Assembly: GCA_964016885.1 (NCBI GenBank)
Contig: OZ024763.1
Coordinates: forward strand, 12,896,001-12,960,000
Direction of reading: 5' to 3'
Length of the DNA stretch: 64,000 nt
Origin: Eledone cirrhosa
Taxonomy: Eukaryota
The translations under genes were made by a program, and so were the position numbers. Position 1 is the first letter of the stretch. Every line of letters starts with the position of its first letter. The notes beneath the pieces are model-generated. The model did not search any database, was not told where the DNA came from, and worked only from the letters and a program-made list of their open reading frames with translations. Below, in pieces: positions 54,294-64,000 of this stretch.

Positions 54294-55190
54294 TATATAT
54301 TATATATATTTATATACATACACACATACATATTATATATATATATACACACATATATACATATATATTATATATATACACATACCCACATACATATATA
54401 TTATATATATATACATACACACATACATATATATTATATATATAACATACACACATACATATATTATATATATACACACATATATATATATTATATATAT
54501 ATGCATATATAGAAACACATATAATATATATATATGTATGTATATATGTGTGTGTGTGTGTGTATATATATATATGGGTGTGTGTGTGTGTGTACACACA
54601 TATATTTACATACATAAACACAAAGCCAGATAGAAAGATAGATGGATATATAATACATTGATAGAGAGAGAGAGAGGCAGAAAAAATAGGAAGAGAGAGA
54701 GGCAGAAAAAATAGGAAGAGAGACAGAATTGATAGAGAGGGGGGGGGTAGATAGACAGGCAGACAGTGAGAGAGAGAGAGGTAGATAGACAGGCAGACAG
54801 CGAGACAGAGAGTGAGTGAGTGAGAGGTAAAGAGAGATTGATAGGTAGGTAGGTAGATAGATAGATAGATAGACAGGGAGAGAGAGAGAGAGAGAGAGTG
54901 AGTGAGTGAGTGATTGAGAGAGAGAGAGAGAGAAAGAGAGTGAGAGAGAGAGATAGGTAGGTAGGTAGGTAGATAGATTGATAGGCAGAGAGAGAGTGAG
55001 AGAGAGAGAGAGAGGGTGAGAGAGAGAGGGTGAGAGAGAGAGAGAGAGAGTGAGAGAGTGAGAGAGAGAGAGAAAGAGAGTGAGAGAGTGAGATAGATAG
55101 ATAGATAGATTGACAGGTAAATAGACTGATATGCTAGCATGGAAGATGGACGTTAAACAATGATGATGATGATGATGATATATAGTGCTC

Positions 55191-55221
<31 letters not shown>

Positions 55222-55584
55222 GATATATATACATATATACACATACATATATACATATATATATATATTTATATATACACACACACACATATCTATACAC
55301 ACAGAGAGAAAGAGAGAAAGAGAGCTAGGTGGAGGAGGTATAGATGTAAACATATATGTATGAGTGGGCTAAGCTAGTTGATGGGTAGTGGGCAGGGGGG
55401 GGAGGGTACTGTGAGGTGGGTGGTGGGTACTGTGAGGTGGGGGATGCTGGGTACTGAGGTGGGTGTGTGCTAGGTACTGCTGGATGCTGAAGGTAACCCA
55501 ATATCATTTATGTGTCTCACACAGAAGCAGAGCTCTGCAAAAAAACAGAACCAAGTTTGGTATCTGGCAGTGTGTGTGTGTGTG

Positions 55585-56668
55585 TATGCTGTGTGTACTG
55601 TTTGTGTGTGTGTGTATATATACTGTGTGTACGGTTTGTGTGTGTGTGTGTGTATACTGTGTGTACTGTGTGTGTGTGTATATACTGTGTGTACTGTTTG
55701 TGTGTGTGTGTGTACTGTGTGTACTGTTTGTGTGTGTGTATATATACTGTATGTACTGTTTGTGTGTGTGTGTGTGTGTATATATACTGTGTGTAATGTT
55801 TGTGTGTGTGTATATACTGTGTACTGTTTGTGTGTCTGTGTGTGTATATATACTGTGTGTAATGTTTGTGTGTGTGTATACTGTGTGTACTGTTTGTGTG
55901 TGTGTGTCTGTATACTGTGTGTACTGTTTGTGTGTGTGTATACTATGTGTACTGTTTGTGTGTGTGTGTGTATACTGTGTGTACTGTTTGTGTGTGTGTG
56001 TGTGTGTATACTGTGTGTACTGTTTGTGTGTGTGTATATATACTGTGTGTACTGTTTGTGTGTGTGTGTGTGTGTATATACTATGTGTACTGTTTGTGTG
56101 TGTGTGTATATATACTGTGTGTACTGTTTGTGTGTGTGTGTATACTGTGTGTACTGTTTGTGTGTGTGTGTGTATACTATGTGTACTGTGTGTGTGTGTG
56201 TATATATATACTGTGTGTACTGTTTGTGTGTGTGTGTGTATATATATACTGTGTGTACTGTGTGTGTGTGTGTGTATATATACTGTGTGTACTGTTTGTG
56301 TGTGTGTGTATATATACTGTGTGTACTGTTTGTGTGTGTGTGTATATATACTGTGTGTACTGTTTGTGTGTGTGTGTGTGTATATATACTGTGTGTAATG
56401 TTTGTGTGTGTATATATACTGTGTACTGTTTGTGTGTCTGTGTGTATATATACTGTGTGTAATGTTTGTGTGTGTGTGTATATATACTGTGTGTACTGTT
56501 TGTGTGTGTGTGTATGTATATATACTGTGTGTACTGTTTGTGTGTGTGTGTATATACTGTGTGTAATGTTTGTGTGTGTATATATACTGTGTGTACTGTT
56601 TGTGTGTGTGTGTATATATACTGTGTGTACTGTTTGTGTGTGTGTGTGTGTGTGTGTATACTGTGTGT

Positions 56669-56708
<40 letters not shown>

Positions 56709-56720
56709 CTGTGTGTAATG
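55585..56720. repeat. Compound minisatellite tatactgtgtgtactgtt(tg)n
   Basis: Direct inspection. Confidence 0.95.
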
Positions 56721-57580
56721 TTTGTGTGTGTGTGTGTGTTTGAGATTGTAATGTGTGTCTGTACTGTATGTGTGTGTGTACTGTATGTATGTGAGTGTAT
56801 GTGTGTATGTAGGTTTCAAAGTGTAATGTGTATATGTGTGTGTTTCAGAGTGTTTGTGTGTACTGTGTGAGTGTAATGTGTTTATGTACTCTTTATGTGT
56901 GTGTGTGATGTGTAGTGTGTGTAATGTGTGTGTGTGTTTCAGAGTGTAATGTGTGTGTAATGTGAGTGTGTGTGTGTTGTGTAGTGTGTGTAATGTGTGT
57001 GTGTGTGTTAGAGAGTGTAACATTTGTGTGTGTGTACTGAATGTGTGTGTGTTTGTTAGTGTATGTAACATGTGTGTGTATGTACTGAACATGTGTGTAC
57101 TGAATGTGTGTGTACTGAACGTGTGTGTGTGTGTACTGAATGTGAGTGTGTGTACTGAATGTGTGTGTGTGTGTTGAATGTGTGTGTGTTTGTTACTGTA
57201 TGTAAGGTGTGTATGTGTGTGTATATGTGTGTATGTGTGTGTATGTAAGGTGTGTGTGTGTATGTAAGGTGTGTGTGTGTGCATGCATTTTTGAATTAGA
57301 GAATGTAAAGTGTGTGTGTTTGAGTGAATGTGGTGTATGTATGTGTGTGTGTGTGTGTGCATACCAGAGGGTGTAGCATGTGTGTATGTGTGTGTGTGTG
57401 TGTCTGTTGGTTAGAGTAATGTGTTTGTATCTGTATGTATGTATGTGTGTGTGCATGTGTGTATGTCTGTGTGTGCATGTGTGTACATGCAAATGTATGC
57501 TAGTGTATGTGTATATGTGTGTGTGTATGTTTGAGTACGTGTGTGTGCGTATGAGTATCTATGTTTGAGTACGTGTGTGT

Positions 57581-57620
<40 letters not shown>

Positions 57621-57751
57621 CTATGTTTGAGTACGTGTCTGTGTGTGTGTGTGTGTGTGTATGTATACGTATCTATGTTTGAGTACGTGTGTGTATGCAT
57701 ATGTAAATGTGTATGTTGGTGTACTGTAGTGTGTGGACTCCCTACATCTAC

Positions 57752-57805
57752 CTCCACACCCCCATCGTAGCTGCCAAACAGCAGCCCCGCCCTTGTTTTC
57801 ACCCC
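57752..57805 (-). CDS. Candidate 54-nt exon
   Basis: Pyrimidine tract plus tcccag| acceptor, weak donor |gtagat; unique island between microsatellites. Confidence 0.25.
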
Positions 57806-58065
57806 CTGGGATGCAAGGGAGATAAACAAAGCAAATATCAGGAATCATCACCGCCACCATCACCATCATCATCACCGCCACCACTATCACCACCACCACC
57901 ACCATCATCATCATCCCGACCATTATTATGTCATCTTCATTATCATTATCATCATCACAACCATCACCATCATCATCATCATCATCATCACCATCACCAT
58001 AATTTCCTTTAAACATACCTTATGATAAAATTATCATGAAAAATATTTAGATAAAGACAAACACT

Positions 58066-59098
58066 TTGACCGTTTCATTACCATATCTCTAATGAAAGAC
58101 ACTGTCTATGTCATTAACCCTTTCATTACCATATTTCTAATGAAAGACACTGTCTATGTCATTAACCCTTTCATTACCATATCTCTAATGAAAGACACTG
58201 TCTATGTCATTAACCCTTTCATTACCATATATCTAATGAAAGACACTGTCTATGTCATTAACCCTTTCATTACCATATTTCTAATGAAAGACACTGTCTA
58301 TGTCATTAACCCTTTCATTACCATATTTCTAATGAAAGACACTGTCTATGTCATTAACCCTTTCATTACCATATTTCTAATGAAAGACACTGTCTATGTC
58401 ATTAACCCTTTCATTACCATATCTCTAATGAAAGACACTGTCTATGTCATTAACCCTTTCATTACCATATATCTAATGAAAGACACTGTCTATGTCATTA
58501 ACCCTTTCATTACCATATATCTAATGAAAGACACTGTCTATGTCATTAACCCTTTCATTACCATATTTCTAATGAAAGACACTGTCTATGTCATTAACCC
58601 TTTCATTACCATATATCTAATGAAAGACACTGTCTATGTCATTAACCCTTTCATTACCATATTTCTAACGAAAGACACTGTCTATGTCATTAACCCTTTC
58701 ATTACCATATCTCTAATGAAAGACACTGTCTATGTCATTAACCCTTTCATTACCATATATCTAATGAAAGACACTGTCTATGTCATTAACCCTTTCATTA
58801 CCATATTTCTAATGAAAGACACTGTCTATGTCATTAACCCTTTCATTACCATATTTCTAATGAAAGACACTGTCTATGTCATTAACCCTTTCATTACCAT
58901 ATATCTAATGAAAGACACTGTCTGTCATTAACCCTTTCATTACCATATTTCTAATGAAAGACACTGTCTATGTCATTAACCCTTTCATTGCCATATTTCT
59001 AATGAAAGACGCTGTCTATGTCATTAACCCTTTCATTACCATATTTCTAACGAAAGACACTGTCTATGTCATTAACCCTTTCATTACCATATTTCTAA
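58066..59098. repeat. 48-bp minisatellite, ~21 copies, derived from a TTAA-CCC MITE end
   Basis: Unit ttaaccctttcattaccatatHtctaatgaaagacactgtctatgtca; single-copy homologue near 59812-59930. Confidence 0.97.
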
Positions 59099-60068
59099 TA
59101 GTTTTCAAAAAATTTTGAAAATAATCAAGAATTTGGAGGTTTTTAATATAACTAATTTTCTCCATCCTAAGTTGGCATAAAATTATAATGGAAGGTTTCT
59201 ATATCTAAACTATAATAAAGTAAGAAGCGCGGGACTGCGTACGGTTTATAATTTTTTATCCCCTTAGTAAAATAAGTTGGATTACTTTGAATAAATAATT
59301 GTTTCTACATTTGGCACAAGGCCAGCAATTACCCAGTGCATTACTGGTACTTTGAATAAATAATGAATGAATATTACAAAATTTATCTACTAAATTTTGT
59401 CGCTGTTCATTAAATATATTTTATTACTTATTTAAATATTCGCTTCTTTAAAATTTTCAAATGTCAACACTTCCTGTTAGCGATCATTTAAATAAGTATT
59501 CATATATTTCTATCACTTATTTTCTCCTAATGCAGTTTATATATAATATCGTCTTTTTTTAATGTATCATGGATTACTTTACTGATTACAGAAGACAGTG
59601 TAACGCAGTCTTCGTTCAACTTCTGTTTATATTGTCAATTACGACTTTATTTGATGTATCATATCTACATGTATATATACTTGTGTATAATATCAATATA
59701 CACACTACACATGCTAGCAGATATATCATATCTACATGTATATATACTTGTGTATAATATCAATATACACACTACACATGCTAGCAGAAAAACCACCCGA
59801 AATATAAACACTTGAACCCTTTCATTACCTTAATTCTAATGACAGACACTGTCTATTAATTTCTAATAATTTAGAAAATAATCAAGAATTTAAGGGATTT
59901 AGTAATATAACTAACTTCCTCATTATTTAGCAGGTATTTGTAATATAACTTATAAACAGACTCTCGGGTCCCAAACAATAGGGAGGGGGTGGGTGGGACG
60001 GTTGGAATAAGTGGTGAGGTGTTCGACATTAAATTCTTATAAGCAGAGGGGCGGGAAATCGGTAATTA

Positions 60069-60233
60069 CCATATTTCCCGGCGCCAAAGACACTTCGTCC
60101 TCTAGGACGTACCCTAATTTTGACAACCCCAAATTTGAAAACAAATAATAAACCTTCGGCCTCCAGGACGCATGGTAGATTTTTGAGACTTATTTTAGGA
60201 AAAAAGTAGCATCTTCGTCACTGGGAAATATGG
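60069..60233. mobile_element. pogo/Tc2-like MITE; copies 40915-41252 (with a LINE-tail insert) and 62947-63115
   Basis: TA|CCATATTTCCC...GGGAAATATGG|TA TIR; shared internal cctaattttgacaa and gacttattttagg. Confidence 0.8.
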
Positions 60234-60731
60234 TAAATAGTGTACATTCGTAAATATGGGATTTCTTGTAATGCTTTTTTTTGTCATATATCATGTTTTT
60301 TTTTCATAATCGGTAGAGGGTCGGACGCCATGCATTCCAGCATAGTTACGTCCCTTTACGATCTGAGTTCAAATCCCGCTGAGGTTGACTTTGCCTTTCC
60401 TCCTTACGGGGTCGATAAAATAAAGTACCAGTAATACACTGGCGTAATTGCTGGCCTTGTGACTAAAGTAGAAACAATTATTATTAGATTCTCTAAAGGG
60501 CGGCCGATTGACAGTACCGGTAAAGGGTCGGATGCCATGCTTTGTAGCAAAGAGTTACGGCCCTTTATGGTCTGAGTTCAAATCCCGCCGAGGTTAACTT
60601 TGCCTTTCCCTCCTTACTGGGGGTCGATAAAATAAAGTACCAGTAATACACTGGCGTAATTGCTGGCCTTGTGCTAAAAGTAGAAACAATTGTTAGATTC
60701 TCTAGCTGCTGTATCAATATGAATCACTTAC

Positions 60732-60780
60732 AATAAAATTTCGCCGGGAAGCGGGAAGGGGCTGGAAAGCTGGGAAAAAT
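60732..60780 (-). CDS. Candidate upstream 49-nt exon (same strand as the smoothelin-like gene)
   Basis: ttaatttttcag| ... |gtaagt around a unique GC-richer segment open in all frames; no recognisable protein motif. Confidence 0.4.
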
Positions 60781-61071
60781 CTGAAAAATTAACAAATGCC
60801 GGAAGGTGAAGGGGTGGTGGTGGTGGTGGGGGCGGGGGGATTATTCAAGACCTGAGAGTAGTTACTTTTATATCAGAGAACTAAGGGTGGTCTCAAGCAG
60901 TTTGGTATCAAAAGGATAAAAATAACTCCAATACATGACTGGTACTTCATTTAAGTGGAAGGAGTATAAACAATTAGTCTGTAACCATCTATAATCACAA
61001 TTTCTCATCTTGCGTCACTGTTTAAAATAATTCTGTATAGGTATTTCTTTCTCTCTGTCTCTCTATTTCAG

Positions 61072-61115
<44 letters not shown>

Positions 61116-61120
61116 TGTGA

Positions 61121-61151
<31 letters not shown>

Positions 61152-61287
61152 ATAAAGTATGTGTTTTTACATGTAAAAAATACATATAGGGATACAAGTA
61201 TTATCCAACCGTATGCCAATGTGGTTCTATGGCAGGTTAATAAATTAACAAGCAGAACATATAAAATCAAGGTCTAGCTAGACCTTG

Positions 61288-61348
<61 letters not shown>

Positions 61349-61355
61349 CAGATTA

Positions 61356-61409
61356 AAGTTTAAGTAAAGAATCACTGCTTTCACCCTTTTACGGGATCTT
61401 CTGAAACTC
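61356..61409 (-). ncRNA. Hammerhead-like motif with variant core CAGAAGA
   Basis: gagttt CAGAAGA t-ccc-gtaaaa-ggg-t GAAAG...CTT^aaactt; second copy at 51163-51215 has the same core. Confidence 0.55.
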
Positions 61410-61478
61410 AGATTAAACTTTAATCTGTACATATAATAAATATTTGCTCAACAGGCTTTTTATATATTTTATATATAT

Positions 61479-61827
61479 GGAGGCACATGGCTTAGTGGTA
61501 AGAGCATTGGCCTTGCAATCGAAAGGTTGTGAGTTCAATTCTCAGACCGGGTGATGTGTTGTTTCCTTGAGCAAGACACTTTATTTCACATTGCTCCAGT
61601 TTACTCAGCTGTAGAAATGAGATGATAGGGACTGCGGTCCCTATCATTCCACTGTAAAGTGGATGTGGAGGCGCCACAGAAAAAAGCACCCAGCACTCAC
61701 TGTAAATGAGGTTGGTGTTAGGAAGGGCATCCAGCTGTAGAAATCAAGCCAGAATCAGTTCCCGTCCCACCCTTGCAAGCAGGAAAAAACAGACGTAAAA
61801 TGAAATGATGATGATGATGATGATGAT
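61479..61827 (+). mobile_element. Full-length tRNA-derived CORE-type SINE; near-identical copies 63179-63528 (+) and 50777-51109 (-)
   Basis: A box tggcttagtgg, B box gagttcaattc, CORE-like ccttgagcaagacacttta, tail ggaagggcatccagc...(gat)n. Confidence 0.9.
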
Positions 61828-62192
61828 TTATATATATATATATATATATATATGCAAGCATACACACACACACATACATATATATACGTATTTATAAATA
61901 TATGTGAAAAGTAAATGGATAAACAGCACAGCAAAACATTGCAGTACAATGAAGATATATTTTAGTTTAACACTTGATATAGTAAGAAAAGGGTCTTAAT
62001 ATTTATGTATATATGTATATATATATATATACATGCACACACGCACATACTTGTATGCAAGCATGCATGTATGTATACATACATGCATGTGTGTGTACAT
62101 ATATAAATGAATATATATATATATATAAATATATATATTTATAAATATATATATATATAAATATATATATTTATAAATATATATATATAAAT

Positions 62193-62245
<53 letters not shown>

Positions 62246-62385
62246 ACAAAGGAAATGTGGTAAGGAACCAGGTGGACCATAACGCACCAAAGTACTCAAT
62301 ACTTAGGGTAGTAGAGTGGGTAATAGGAACGAGTGGGGTCCTACTCGTTCCTATATATATATATATATATATAAATATATATATA

Positions 62386-62449
<64 letters not shown>

Positions 62450-62507
62450 CTTGCATACTTACAATTATCTATCTATCTATCTCTCTCTATATATATACAC
62501 ATACACA

Positions 62508-62576
<69 letters not shown>

Positions 62577-62832
62577 ATACACAATGCACACTAAGTGGGC
62601 TGGGCCATTCTATGCGTAGATGTTTCATCTGGTTTGTGAGTGAAAGAGAGTGACTATGGAAGGGGTAGATGAATGAGGTAAACTAGCTAGTTGCTAGGCA
62701 ACAGAATACCCAACCACTTATATACCCCAGAATAGTGTATGTGAATGTATAGAGTGTATTTTTGGGGAGGTGGGTCTGTGGTTGGGTGCGTGAGAAAGTA
62801 GGTGACGGAATGTTCTTAAAATCGCTTATATA

Positions 62833-62910
62833 CAGGGTATCCCCCAAAAATGTATACACACTTTCATTAGAATGCTGTTGAAGTGTGTATACATTTTTTG
62901 GAACACGCTG
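62833..62910. mobile_element. Tiny Tc1/mariner-like MITE; copy 10375-10452; unrelated similar-type element 25936-26141
   Basis: TA|CAGGGT.TCCC..AAAATGTATACAC ... GTGTATACATTTT..GGAACACGCTG|TA. Confidence 0.7.
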
Positions 62911-63178
62911 TATGTGTGCATGTCTGTATGTAGACATGCACACATACTGTATTCCCCGGCACTGAAGACGCTTTGTCATCGAGGACCCACCCTAATTTTG
63001 ACAACCAAACATTTGAAAAAAGAATTATAAACAACCTTCGCCCTCCAGGACCCATGGCAGATCTTTTAGACTTATTTTAGGAGAAAGGTAGGGTCTTTGA
63101 TGGCGGGAAATATGGTGTGTGTGTATATATATGCCTTATTTTCTATTAACCTGTATGTGTGTATATATATATATATGT

Positions 63179-63528
63179 GGAGGCACATGGCTTAGTGGTT
63201 AGAGCATTGGCCTTGCAATCGAAAGGTTGTGAGTTCAATTCTCAGACCGGGTGATGTGTTGTTTCTTTGAGCAAGACACTTTATTTCACATTGCTCCAGT
63301 TTACTCAGCTGTAGAAATGAGATGATAGGGACAGGGGTCCCTATGATTCCACTGCAAAGTGGTCGTGGAGGTGCCACGGCAAAAAAGCACCCAGCACTCA
63401 CTGTAAATGAGGTTGGTGTTAGGAAGGGCATCCAGCTGTAGAAATCAAGCCAGAATCAGTTCCCGTCCCACCCTTGCAAGCAGGGAAAAGTGGACGTAAA
63501 ATGATGATGATGATGATGATGATGATGA
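63179..63528 (+). mobile_element. Full-length tRNA-derived CORE-type SINE
   Basis: Near-identical to 61479-61827. Confidence 0.9.
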
Positions 63529-63571
63529 TATATATATATCACCAAAATGTTGCAACGAATGGAATTTATTG

Positions 63572-63666
63572 GACATATTACAATCGTTTCTCTGGCGACC
63601 AGCTCGAGGCACGATCGATGTGATGATCGAACCTGACTCTGAAATCGCAAGGTCCTCAGATACGTC
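63572..63666 (-). ncRNA. Type I hammerhead motif
   Basis: gacgtat CTGAGGA ccttgcgat...gtcgccaga GAAAC gatt GTA^atatgtc c AATAAA; 7-bp stem I including one G-U. Confidence 0.72.
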
Positions 63667-64000
63667 TTGATTCTACGAAGCAGATTAGATATCATACTCT
63701 GCTCTGTGAGAGCATCCAGTGCTCAAACGGCCTACTGCATACGGATGCTTTAAGCATCCCACACCAATTATATATATATATATACACATATATGTTATAT
63801 ATATGTACATATATATGCATGCACATGTTATATATGTCATCATCATCATCATCATCATCGTTTAACGTCTATCTTCCACGCTGGCATGGGTTAGACGGGA
63901 ATTGTCCCACTTGAGGCAAGATTGATCGGGTGACTGTGTCTCACTCATATAGGACTGTATCTGGCAGGTTTTCTACGGCTGGATGCCCTTCCTAACACCA

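Noticed and set aside
58092-58931. 279-aa repeat ORF or CRISPR-like array
   Set aside because: A pure tandem repeat of a MITE end; the frame breaks inside the array.
61479-61550. tRNA gene-like A/B boxes (also 63179, 16560-16636)
   Set aside because: SINE heads that continue into CORE and tail sequence; no complete cloverleaf.

Overview
AT-rich eukaryotic genomic DNA dominated by (TA)n/(TG)n/(GA)n microsatellites, minisatellites, tRNA-derived SINEs, decayed LINEs (RTE, CR1, I-group) and MITEs. The repeat content most resembles an octopus/cephalopod genome (inference from remembered SINE motifs, not a database result). Nearly all long ORFs in the track are repeat artefacts. One real gene is visible: the 3' end of a minus-strand smoothelin-like (C-terminal calponin-homology domain) gene. 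Four phase-consistent exons were read by hand (53970-53994, 52901-52997, 50200-50351, 49028-49178); none is annotated as such in the ORF track. The main hidden signal is a dense population of sequence-unrelated type I hammerhead ribozyme motifs: about a dozen complete or near-complete, plus a family carrying only the 3' half. They sit in short elements embedded in (TA)n tracts, often as long fold-back palindromes, consistent with Penelope-like (PLE) pLTR remnants. They include an apparent variant-core family (CAGAAGA) and a ribozyme palindrome about 0.7-1.1 kb past the smoothelin-like stop codon. No ribozyme activity can be shown from sequence alone.
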